Below are positions 23,092 to 31,039 of a stretch of 32,278 bases of DNA, piece after piece. Positions within the stretch are counted from its first letter, which is position 1; each line of letters starts with the position of its first letter. Below the pieces are notes generated by a model. The model was not told the DNA's origin. It did not search any database and was given only the letters and a program-made list of their open reading frames with translations. The stretch is taken from NCBI GenBank assembly GCA_019236545.1, contig JAFAIV010000343.1:1-32278 (forward strand). Direction: 5' to 3'. This DNA is from Actinomycetota bacterium (GTDB lineage: Bacteria > Actinomycetota > Thermoleophilia > Gaiellales > Gaiellaceae). The position numbers and the translations under genes were made by a program.

Positions 23092-24522
23092 TTGGCCGCA
23101 CCCGACCCTCGGCGCTGGCAGGCGCTCGCGCTCGTCTGCGTCGCGTTCTTCATGACGATCCTCGACGTCTCGATCGTCAACGTCGCACTTCCGTCCATCA
23201 AGAACTCGCTCCACGTGAGCGACTCGAGCCTGCAGTGGATCCTCGTCGCCTACACGATCACGTTCGGCGGCTTCCTGCTGCTCGGCGGCCGCGCGGCCGA
23301 CCTTCTCGGGCGCAGGCTGATCTTCATGGTCGGCGTCGCGCTCTTCTCGGCGGCGTCGCTCGTCTGCGGGCTCGCGGGCTCGATCGGCGTCCTGATCGCC
23401 GCCCGCACCGTCCAGGGCCTCGGCGCGGCGATCGTGTCGCCGGCGACCCTCTCGATCATCACGACCACCTTCGAGGAGGGCGCCGAGCGGAACAAGGCGC
23501 TCGGCATCTGGGGCGCCATGGGCGGCAGCGGCGCCGCCGCGGGCGTCCTCTTCGGCGGCATCCTCACGAAGTACGCCGGTTGGGAGTGGATCTTCTTCGT
23601 GAACGTCCCCGTCGGCGCCCTCGTGCTCGCTCTGACCCGCTCGATCGTCCGCGAGAGCAAGGTCGAGGGCGAGCGCAGCTTCGACGTCGCCGGCGCGGTG
23701 ACCGTCACGGCCGGGCTCGCGCTCCTCGTCTACGCGATCTCGAAGGCGCCGGACGTCGGCTGGGGCAGCGGTCGGACGATCGGCGAGCTCGTCGGGGCGG
23801 GAGCGCTGCTGGCGGCGTTCGCCGCCGTCGAGAGCCGCGCGAAGGCGCCGATGGTGCCGTTCTCGATCTTCCGGACGAAGACGCTCGCCGGGTCGAACGC
23901 CGCCGGGTTCCTGCTCGGCGCCGTCGTCTACGCGAACTTCTTCATCCTGACGCTGTACGTCCAGCAGGTGCTCGGCTACTCGGCGCTGAAGACCGGGCTG
24001 ACGTTCCTCGCGACGGCGGGCACCGTGATCCCGGTCGCGGGCCTCTCGCAGGCGCTCGTGACGCGGATCGGCGTGAGGCCGGTGATGACGCTCGGGCTCG
24101 CGCTGATCACGGCGGGGATGTTCTGGTACGCGCAGATCCCGGTGCACGGCGCGTTCGCCGGCGACCTGCTCCCGGGCTACCTGCTCGTCGGGATCGGCAT
24201 GGCGTTCGCGTTCATCCCGGTGTCGATCGGCGCCCTCGCGGGCGTCGCGCCGCACGAGGCGGGGCTGGCGTCCGGGATCATCAACACGTCGCAGCAGATC
24301 GGCGGCGCGCTCGGCGTCGCGATCGCCTCGACGGTCGCGTTCACCCACGTCAAGCACCTGCTCCAGGCGGGCCACTCGCAGCCGTTCGCGCTGACGAGCG
24401 GCTTCTCGCTCGCCTTCTGGGTGCTCGGCGGGATCGCGGTGGCCTCGGTCGTCGCCGCGTTCGGCCTCGTCCGGTCCAGCGAGGTCGTGGTCGAGGCCGA
24501 CGCGGTGACGGCGATCGCCTAG
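23092..24522 (+). CDS. MFS transporter, DHA2 (EmrB/QacA, 14-TMS) drug:H+ antiporter family
   Basis: LALVCVAFFMTILDVSIVNVALPSI, GRAADLLGRRLIF and QGLGAAIVSPATLSII, with about 14 hydrophobic segments. I prefer TTG 23092 (GGAGGAGGAGAGAAAG immediately upstream) over the track's TTG 23056. Confidence 0.9.
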   Translation: MAAPDPRRWQALALVCVAFFMTILDVSIVNVALPSIKNSLHVSDSSLQWILVAYTITFGGFLLLGGRAADLLGRRLIFMVGVALFSAASLVCGLAGSIGVLIAARTVQGLGAAIVSPATLSIITTTFEEGAERNKALGIWGAMGGSGAAAGVLFGGILTKYAGWEWIFFVNVPVGALVLALTRSIVRESKVEGERSFDVAGAVTVTAGLALLVYAISKAPDVGWGSGRTIGELVGAGALLAAFAAVESRAKAPMVPFSIFRTKTLAGSNAAGFLLGAVVYANFFILTLYVQQVLGYSALKTGLTFLATAGTVIPVAGLSQALVTRIGVRPVMTLGLALITAGMFWYAQIPVHGAFAGDLLPGYLLVGIGMAFAFIPVSIGALAGVAPHEAGLASGIINTSQQIGGALGVAIASTVAFTHVKHLLQAGHSQPFALTSGFSLAFWVLGGIAVASVVAAFGLVRSSEVVVEADAVTAIA

Positions 24523-24528
24523 GCGCAA

Positions 24529-25077
24529 CTAGAGCCGGCCAGGCGGGGCGAAGCGGTAGAAGTGCGGACCGAGCCCCGCCTGGCTGATGGCGAAGAGGAG
24601 CCCGAGCGTGTCCTCGACCATGCGGGCCTTGTCGAGGCCGCCGACGTAGACGGGGTCGTACCCGGCGTCACGGCTGAGCTGCTCCGCGACCTCGCGCGCC
24701 TCGTCCTCCGCCGCGAAGAGGTTCGACGGCCGTTCCCGCTGGCTGTCGATCTGGTCGTAGACCGCGGCGAAGTTGAGGTTGAACGCCTTCGCGACCGGGC
24801 CGCCGACGACGGACTTCACCTCGTGCGCGAGCGACTCGAAGCTCTCGTCGCGCCCGCGGAACCCGTTCGTCGCGTCGATCGTGACCTTCCCCTCGATCCC
24901 GCTGACCTTCCCGAGCGCCTCCTTGATGTCCCCCGACGGCACCGCGACGAGGAGGACGTCCGCATCGGACGCGTCCCCTCCGTCCCGGCCCAGCTCCTGC
25001 ACCTGATGCCCGGCGGCGCGCCAGCGCTCGGCCAGCCCGCCGCCCACGTTTCCCCTGCCGATCACGGTGATGTTCAT
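24529..25077 (-). CDS. NAD(P)-binding oxidoreductase of the F420-dependent NADP oxidoreductase (NpdG-like) family
   Basis: ATG 25077 with GGAGG 5 nt upstream. [26 protein letters not shown] Rossmann start. The track ORF (to 25347) adds an off-domain extension that overlaps cbs. Confidence 0.75.
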   Translation of the reverse strand: MNITVIGRGNVGGGLAERWRAAGHQVQELGRDGGDASDADVLLVAVPSGDIKEALGKVSGIEGKVTIDATNGFRGRDESFESLAHEVKSVVGGPVAKAFNLNFAAVYDQIDSQRERPSNLFAAEDEAREVAEQLSRDAGYDPVYVGGLDKARMVEDTLGLLFAISQAGLGPHFYRFAPPGRL

Positions 25078-25120
25078 GAGTGCCTCCAACGACGGCTCGT
25101 CCACTACGCTTCCCGGCGCG

Positions 25121-26512
25121 ATGGCGCGTGAGTACCCGACCGTCCTCGACCTCGTCGGGGGCACGCCGATCGTCCGCCTCGACAGGATGTCCCCTCCGGG
25201 CGGCGCCCGCATCCTCGCGAAGCTCGAGTATCTGAACCCGGGCGGGTCCGTGAAGGACAGGATCGGCCTCGCGATGATCGAGGCGGCCGAGCGGGACGGC
25301 CTGCTCAAGCCGGGCGGGACGATCGTCGAGCCGACCTCCGGCAACACCGGCGTCGGGCTCGCAATCGCGGCGGCGCAAAAGGGCTACCGCTGCATCTTCG
25401 TCATGCCCGACAAGATGAGCCAGGAGAAGATCTCGATGCTGCGCGCCTACGGCGCCGAGGTCGTGATCACGCCGACCGCCGTCGACCACGAGTCGCCGGA
25501 GTCGTACTACTCCGTCTCGTCGCGCCTCGCCGAGGAGATCCCGGGCGGCTTCAAGCCCGACCAGTACTCGAACATGGCGAACCCGACGGCGCATTACGAG
25601 CGCACCGCGCCGGAGCTCTGGGAGCAGACCGGCGGCGAGCTCGACGCGATCGTCATCTCCGTCGGCACCGGCGGGACGATCTCCGGCGTCGGCAAGTGGT
25701 GGCACGAGCGCAAGCCGGAGACGCTGATCGTCGGCGTCGACCCGGAGGGCTCGATCTACACCGCGACCGACGAGTCGCAGCTCCACCCGTACCTCGTCGA
25801 GGGCATCGGCAAGGACATGTGGCCGGACACGATCGACCTCACCGTCGTCGACGAGTGGATCCAGGTGAGCGACCGCGACTCGTTCCTCACGGCGCGGAAG
25901 CTCGCGCGCGATGAGGGCATCCTCGCCGGCGGCTCGGCCGGGTCGACGCTGTGGGCGGCCGCGAACGTCGCGGAGCGCCTCGGCGCCGGGAAGACGGTGC
26001 TCGCCTTCATCCCCGACTCCGGCCGCTCCTACATGTCGAAGTTCTACGACGACAACTGGATGCTCGAGCACGGCTTCGTCGAGCGCGCCGCGCCTCTGCC
26101 GACGGTCGGCGAGGTGCTGCGGGCGAAGCATGGCGGCGAGATGCCGGAGCTCGTCACGATCGCCGCGCATCAGAAGGTCGGCGCCGGGATCGACGTCATG
26201 CAGCGCTACGGGATCTCGCAGCTCCCGGTCGTCCGCGACGGGGAGGCCGCGGAGTCGCTCGCGGACGTGATCGGCTCGCTGCAGGACCGGGCGCTCCTCG
26301 AGCGCGTCTTCGCGAACCCGGACGCGATCCACGAGGACGTCGCGTCCGCGATGCAGCCGCCGCTCCCGGCGGTCGAGACGTCGGCGACGCTGGACGACGT
26401 CTTCGCGACGGTGAAGGGCGGCGCGAACGCCGTGGTCGTCGCGCAGGAAGGGAAGCCGATCGGCGTGCTGACGCGCTCCGACCTGCTCGAGTTCCTGGCG
26501 CACCGGCGCTAG
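25121..26512 (+). CDS. cbs: Cystathionine beta-synthase (PLP domain plus tandem CBS/Bateman domains)
   Basis: [28 protein letters not shown] (PLP Lys), [14 protein letters not shown] and the C-terminal CBS pair (...GISQLPVV..., ...GVLTRSDLL). ATG 25121 gives a 463-aa product, similar in layout to mycobacterial Cbs. The track start at 25067 is an extension. Confidence 0.9.
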   Translation: MAREYPTVLDLVGGTPIVRLDRMSPPGGARILAKLEYLNPGGSVKDRIGLAMIEAAERDGLLKPGGTIVEPTSGNTGVGLAIAAAQKGYRCIFVMPDKMSQEKISMLRAYGAEVVITPTAVDHESPESYYSVSSRLAEEIPGGFKPDQYSNMANPTAHYERTAPELWEQTGGELDAIVISVGTGGTISGVGKWWHERKPETLIVGVDPEGSIYTATDESQLHPYLVEGIGKDMWPDTIDLTVVDEWIQVSDRDSFLTARKLARDEGILAGGSAGSTLWAAANVAERLGAGKTVLAFIPDSGRSYMSKFYDDNWMLEHGFVERAAPLPTVGEVLRAKHGGEMPELVTIAAHQKVGAGIDVMQRYGISQLPVVRDGEAAESLADVIGSLQDRALLERVFANPDAIHEDVASAMQPPLPAVETSATLDDVFATVKGGANAVVVAQEGKPIGVLTRSDLLEFLAHRR

Positions 26513-27120
26513 GGCAGGCGCGAGCCGTTCTTCTTGGCGTGCTCGCCGAGGCGGCGGGCGGCGAGGATCGCCTCGCGGGCGCCGTCGAGCAGGGCGCGGA
26601 GCTTGCCCAGGCGCTCCGGCTCCGAGCGGCTCTCGAGGAGCTCCTGCTTCGCGTCCGCAGCGATCTCGACCCGCGCCGCGACGTGGAACGACAACGACGG
26701 CAGATCGGGCTCGGGCACCTCGGCCTCGGCGCCCGCGGCCATCGCGAGGGCGCGGAACGCCTCCGTCACGCGCTCGGCCGCGTCCTCGTCCGGCTCGACG
26801 CCGGGGTCGTCCTCGAGCGGCTCGACCTGTGCCGTCATGAACGACCTGCCGCGCGTCAGGCGCTCGACCTTGAACCGGGCGCCGCCCTCGACGAGGACGT
26901 TCAGCCGCCCGTCGTCGAAGCGGTCGAGCACCTCGGCGACCCGCGCGCGCGTGCCCGCGTCGCGCACGCCGTCCTCGTCGGCGTAGACCAGCCCGAACTC
27001 GCCGCCCGAGTCGAGGCACTCGCCGATCAGCTCCTTGTAGCGGTCTTCGAAGATGTGGAGCGGCACGACCTCGGTCGGCAGCAGCACGATCCCGAGCGGG
27101 AAGAGGCCGATCTCGTCCAC
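26509..27120 (-). CDS. Lon N-terminal (LON substrate-binding) domain-containing protein
   Basis: GTG 27120 gives VDEIGLFPLGIVLLPTEVVPLHIFEDRYKELI, the canonical start of the Lon-N/PUA-like domain. The rest of the track ORF (to 27345) is shadow over bolA. Confidence 0.8.
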   Translation of the reverse strand: MDEIGLFPLGIVLLPTEVVPLHIFEDRYKELIGECLDSGGEFGLVYADEDGVRDAGTRARVAEVLDRFDDGRLNVLVEGGARFKVERLTRGRSFMTAQVEPLEDDPGVEPDEDAAERVTEAFRALAMAAGAEAEVPEPDLPSLSFHVAARVEIAADAKQELLESRSEPERLGKLRALLDGAREAILAARRLGEHAKKNGSRLP

Positions 27121-27144
27121 ATCCCGGAGGGTACGCTGAGGACC

Positions 27145-27378
27145 GTGGCCGCCGAGAGACTCGAAGCCCTGCTGCGCGACGCGTTCCCGGACGCGGACGA
27201 GCTGCACGTCGAGGACCGAACCGGCGGCGGCGACCACTTCCAGGTGACCGTGGCGAGCCCGCGCTTCGCCGGGTTGTCGCTGCTCGACCAGCACCGCCTC
27301 GTCAACGAGGCGCTGGCCGAGCCGCTCCGCGACGGCACCATCCACGAGCTTCGGATCAAGACAAAGGGGACGACGTGA
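27145..27378 (+). CDS. bolA: BolA family protein
   Basis: VAAERLEALLRDAFPDADELHVEDRTGGGDHFQVTVASPRFAGLSLLDQHRLVNEAL. The BolA fold signature includes the conserved His of ...QHRLV... It is the in-frame tail of listed ORF 25951..27378. GGAGG lies at 27126-27130. Confidence 0.8.
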   Translation: MAAERLEALLRDAFPDADELHVEDRTGGGDHFQVTVASPRFAGLSLLDQHRLVNEALAEPLRDGTIHELRIKTKGTT

Positions 27379-27752
27379 GCGAGCTGAGCGACCGCATCAA
27401 GGACGTGATCGACAACGAGCCGGTGGCGCTCTTCATGAAGGGCACGCCGCAGTTCGTGATGTGCGGCAACAGCGGCCGCGCGCTGGAGGCGCTGCGCCAG
27501 GCCGGCGCGCCCGTGACCGCCGTCGACATCCTCCCCGACCCGTCGATCCGCCAGGAGCTCTCGGCGCTCTCCGGCTGGCCGACGATCCCGCAGGTCTTCG
27601 TCAACGGCGAGCTGATCGGCGGCGCCGACATCACGCAGGAGCTGGCCGAGTCCGGCGAGCTCGAGCGCGTCCTCGCCGAGAAGCTCGGCGACGGCTACCG
27701 CGACGCCGCCGAGGAGCGCGTCGTCGACGTGCTCAGCGGGACTCGCGCGTAG
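27375..27752 (+). CDS. grxD: Monothiol (Grx4/GrxD-type) glutaredoxin with variant active site CGNS
   Basis: GTG overlaps the bolA stop (GTGA). VALFMKGTPQFVMCGNSGRA...WPTIPQVFVNGELIGGADI matches the CGFS-glutaredoxin template, except for Phe->Asn in the motif (27462-27473). Confidence 0.85.
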   Translation: MSELSDRIKDVIDNEPVALFMKGTPQFVMCGNSGRALEALRQAGAPVTAVDILPDPSIRQELSALSGWPTIPQVFVNGELIGGADITQELAESGELERVLAEKLGDGYRDAAEERVVDVLSGTRA

Positions 27753-28298
27753 CTACTTCGCGCCGCTCGCGACGAAGGCGACCAGGTCGGCGAGCTGCGT
27801 CTTCGAGAGCGACGACTTGAAGGTCTGCGGCATCACGCCCTTGGGATAACCGGGCGAGATGTAGGCGTTCGGGTCGGTGATCGACTGCGAGATGAACGCC
27901 GTCAGCGCCATGTTGTCCTTCTTCGCGTCGGCGCTGACCTTGGTGTCGAGGTCGGGCCCGACGGTGCCGGACGAGCCGGCGGGCTTGAACGTGTGGCAGG
28001 CGCCGCAGCCGTTGGCGGCGAAGACGGCCTTGCCGGCGGCGGCGTTCCCGCCGGCGGCCTGCGCGGCGGCGGTGGTCGTCTTCGGCGCGGCGGCGGCCGT
28101 CGTGGTCGGCGTCGAGGTCGACGCGGCGGGCGGCGCCGAGACGGTGACCGTCTTCGTCCCGCTCGACTTGCCGAGCGAGGTGTAGTGCCCGATCGCCCAG
28201 CCGGCGAAGCCCACGGGGAAGAGGAGCGCCGCGAACAGCACCCAGACGGCGATCTCGCCGAACGAGGTGTACGGATTCCGACGTCTCCGACGCGCCAC
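27753..28298 (-). CDS. Membrane-anchored class I cytochrome c
   Basis: GTG 28298 gives a basic N-terminus plus a TM helix (EIAVWVLFAALLFPVGFAGWAI) and a Thr/Ala/Pro linker. This is followed by heme motif CGACH and the distal Met context GYPKGVMPQ. The track ORF (to 28592) overlaps the upstream methyltransferase out of frame. Confidence 0.85.
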   Translation of the reverse strand: MARRRRRNPYTSFGEIAVWVLFAALLFPVGFAGWAIGHYTSLGKSSGTKTVTVSAPPAASTSTPTTTAAAAPKTTTAAAQAAGGNAAAGKAVFAANGCGACHTFKPAGSSGTVGPDLDTKVSADAKKDNMALTAFISQSITDPNAYISPGYPKGVMPQTFKSSLSKTQLADLVAFVASGAK

Positions 28299-28309
28299 CG
28301 CGCGAGAAT

Positions 28310-28930
28310 CTATCTGTCCCGACGGACGCCTGCGAAGTGCCAGCCGATGGCGTTGAACGCGCCGGCCTCGACGAGCGTCCGCTCGAGCTGCTCGCTCGAC
28401 GGCCCGCCGAGCCAGCGGTAGAGGTACGGCTCCCAGTCGAGGCGGCGCTCGCTGTAGACGTCGCGGAGCGTGTCGAGGACGAGCCAGTGCGGGTGGAGGT
28501 CCGGGTGGCGCGACCACCACTCGTCGATCGAGCGCGGTCCGGGCGGCTCGGCTCCCGTGGCGCGCAGCATCCGGTGCTGGCCCTCGTACCACTGCTGCGC
28601 CGCCGGGTCGATCAGGTCCCAGGCGAACTCGTCCACGAGCAGGAGGGGCGCGAAGCGCGCGAGGATCTCGACGCCGCGCCCGAGCGGGCGGACGTGATGG
28701 AGCACGCGTCCCGCGACGACCGCGTCGAACTCGCCCTCCGGCTCGTAGTCCTGGAAGCGCGCCTGGACGAACCGCTCGCCCTCGGGCGCCTCGGGGTCGA
28801 CGCCGATCGCGTCGTAGCCCTCGGCGACGAGCTCCTCGACGAGGCCGCCCTCGCGCCCGCAGCCGATCTCCAGCACCCGACCCGGGGCGGGCGGCAACTG
28901 GTTCAGTACGAAGTCGATGAAGGCGGCCAC
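28310..28930 (-). CDS. Class I SAM-dependent methyltransferase
   Basis: Motif I VLEIGCGREG, then YDAIGVDPE, then VVAGRVLHHV. GTG start at 28930. It sits 11 nt upstream of the cytochrome c gene on the same strand. Confidence 0.8.
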   Translation of the reverse strand: MAAFIDFVLNQLPPAPGRVLEIGCGREGGLVEELVAEGYDAIGVDPEAPEGERFVQARFQDYEPEGEFDAVVAGRVLHHVRPLGRGVEILARFAPLLLVDEFAWDLIDPAAQQWYEGQHRMLRATGAEPPGPRSIDEWWSRHPDLHPHWLVLDTLRDVYSERRLDWEPYLYRWLGGPSSEQLERTLVEAGAFNAIGWHFAGVRRDR

Positions 28931-30059
28931 GCGTATCAGCCTCTCAGAGATCCGCAGGCGAATGGTGGCTGCGCAGCGCTACGCCGTCCGCTCGCGCGGC
29001 GGGACGGCCAAGGACGTGGTCGCGGCGGTCGGCCGCGCGGGCTGCATCCAGCTCGACTCGATCTCGACCGTCGAGCGCAGCCACCGCATCGCGCTCGGCG
29101 CGCGCATCGGCGACTACCCGGAACCGGCCGTCTCGCGCCTGATGGGCCAGGGCCGGATCTTCGAGTACTGGGCGCACGAGGCGTGCCTGATCCCGGGCGA
29201 GGACTACCGCTGGCACCGCTGGCGGATGGCGAAGTACGCGGACACGCACCCGTGGCACGGCAAGGTGCTCGACCGCGAGCCCGAGCTGACCGAGCGCGTC
29301 CTCGCCGAGATCCGCGAGCGCGGGCCCCTCGGGTCGCGCCACTTCGAGGGCACCGGCTCGGGCGGGATGTGGAACTGGAAGCCGGCGAAGGTCGTGCTGG
29401 AGGCGCTGCACTCGGCAGGCCGGCTCGCGATCGCCGGGCGCGAGTCGTTCCAGCGGCTCTACGACCTCCCGGAGCGCGTCCTGCCGCCGGAGGCGCTGAA
29501 CGGCCGCGCGCCGAGCGAGGACGAGTTCGTGCGCTGGGCGACGCTCCGCGGCGTCGAGGCGCGCGGCGCTCTGACCGAGGCGGCGGTGGCAGAGATGTGG
29601 CGGCTCGCGGGCGGCGCCGCGCGCGTGCGGCCGCACGCGGACGCGCTCGTCGCGGAGGGCGCGCTCGTACGCGCGGAGGGGGAGGACGGCAAGGCGCCGT
29701 TCCTGCTCCCCGCCGGCCGCGACGCCGACGACGGCGCGCTCCCCGCGGCGGTGCTCCTCTCGCCGTTCGACAACCTGCTCTGGGACCGGGCGCTGCTCGA
29801 GCGCGTCTTCGGCTTCCGGCACGTGATCGAGGTCTACAAGCGCGAGCACGAGCGCGTCTACGGCTACTACGTGCTCCCGCTGCTGCGCCGCGACCGGCTC
29901 GTCGGCCGCGCCGACCTCAAGCACGACCGCGAGGCAGGCGTCCTGCGGGTGCGTGCCTTCCACCGGGAGCCCGGCGTGCGCGGGAACCTCGACGACGCGC
30001 TCGACCTCGCCCTCGCGCGGCTCGCCCGCGTCGTCCGCGCCGCGGAGGTGGCGCGATAG
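28917..30059 (+). CDS. YcaQ-like winged-helix DNA glycosylase (HTH_42 / AlkZ-YcaQ superfamily), paralog 1
   Basis: ISLSEIRRRMVAAQRY... (E. coli YcaQ: LSLADARNLHLAAQGL), the catalytic-type motif CIQLDSIS (Q-x-D), FEYWAHEAC, and the C-terminal YGYYVLPLLRRDRLVGRADLKHDR. Confidence 0.85.
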   Translation: MKAATRISLSEIRRRMVAAQRYAVRSRGGTAKDVVAAVGRAGCIQLDSISTVERSHRIALGARIGDYPEPAVSRLMGQGRIFEYWAHEACLIPGEDYRWHRWRMAKYADTHPWHGKVLDREPELTERVLAEIRERGPLGSRHFEGTGSGGMWNWKPAKVVLEALHSAGRLAIAGRESFQRLYDLPERVLPPEALNGRAPSEDEFVRWATLRGVEARGALTEAAVAEMWRLAGGAARVRPHADALVAEGALVRAEGEDGKAPFLLPAGRDADDGALPAAVLLSPFDNLLWDRALLERVFGFRHVIEVYKREHERVYGYYVLPLLRRDRLVGRADLKHDREAGVLRVRAFHREPGVRGNLDDALDLALARLARVVRAAEVAR

Positions 30060-31030
30060 ACCTCGACGCCGCGCGGCGGATCGCCGTCCGCGCGCAGGGG
30101 CTCGACGGCAGCGCGCACGGCGTCCTCGAGACCGTGCGCCGGCTCGGCTTCCTCCAGCTCGACCCGATCTCGACGGTCGCGCCCCCGCAGCACCTCGTCC
30201 TCTGGAGCCGGCTCGGCCCGTGGGACACCGCCGAGCTCGACCGGCTGCTCTGGGAGGAGCGGAAGCTCGTCGAGTGGGTCGCGTTCGTCTACCCGATCGA
30301 GGACCTGCCGCTCCTGAAGGCCCGGATGCGGCGCGGCGGCAACAAGGGCGCGAAGGACTTCCTCGCGGCGAACCGCGCCTTCCGCCGGCACGTCCTGCGG
30401 GAGCTCGAGGAGCGCGGGCCGCTGCTCGGCCGGGAGATCGAGCCGCACGGGTCCGTCGACCGCGAGCACCACGACTGGTGGGGCTCGCGGAAGGTCGGGC
30501 TGATGCTCGACGTCCTCGCGGCCCGAGGCGAGGTCGCCGTCGTCGGACGGCGCGGCAGGCAGCGCGTCTGGGATCTCGCCGACCGCTGGTACCCGGAGAC
30601 CGAGACGATCCCGTGGCCGAAGGCGCAGAAGCTGATCGAGGAGCGACGCCATCGCGCGCTCGGCGTTCGGCTCGACCGCGGCCGGCTCGTCCCACACCCC
30701 GACGCCGAGGACGGCCCGGTGCCCGAGGAACGCGTCACCTTCCTCTCGCCGTTCGACCGCCTGATCCACGACCGCGCCCGCACGGAGGCGCTGTGGCAGT
30801 TCTTCTACCGCCTCGAGATGTACGTGCCGCCCGCGAAGCGGCAGTACGGCTACTACGTCCTGCCGATCCTCCGCGGCGACCGGCTGGTCGGCCGGATCGA
30901 GCCCGTCCACGACCGGAAGGCCGGCGTCCTGCGCGTGAACGGCGTCTGGTGGGAGAAGGGCGTGAAGCCGCTGGCCCTCGACGAGCCGCTGGACAGCCTG
31001 GCCCGTTTCCTGGGCGCGTCGCGGGCCTAG
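30056..31030 (+). CDS. YcaQ-like winged-helix DNA glycosylase, paralog 2
   Basis: In-frame tail of listed ORF 28337..31030: IDLDAARRIAVRAQGL..., FLQLDPIS (Q-x-D), and YGYYVLPILRGDRLVGRIEPVHDR. The first canonical in-frame start near the domain is GTG 30134, which would remove the conserved N-terminal helix. ATA 30056 is assumed as the start (uncertain; see findings). Confidence 0.8.
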   Translation: MDLDAARRIAVRAQGLDGSAHGVLETVRRLGFLQLDPISTVAPPQHLVLWSRLGPWDTAELDRLLWEERKLVEWVAFVYPIEDLPLLKARMRRGGNKGAKDFLAANRAFRRHVLRELEERGPLLGREIEPHGSVDREHHDWWGSRKVGLMLDVLAARGEVAVVGRRGRQRVWDLADRWYPETETIPWPKAQKLIEERRHRALGVRLDRGRLVPHPDAEDGPVPEERVTFLSPFDRLIHDRARTEALWQFFYRLEMYVPPAKRQYGYYVLPILRGDRLVGRIEPVHDRKAGVLRVNGVWWEKGVKPLALDEPLDSLARFLGASRA

Positions 31031-31039
31031 ACTCTCCCC

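Noticed and set aside
25078-25347. Upstream extension of the NpdG-like ORF (track end 25347), and the 25067 start of cbs.
   Set aside because: The extensions overlap each other on opposite strands. The Rossmann motif begins right after ATG 25077 (with GGAGG), and the Cbs homology begins right after ATG 25121.
28299-28592. Upstream extension of the cytochrome c ORF.
   Set aside because: It is an Arg/Pro-rich translation overlapping the 3' half of the methyltransferase gene out of frame. GTG 28298 precedes the TM anchor.
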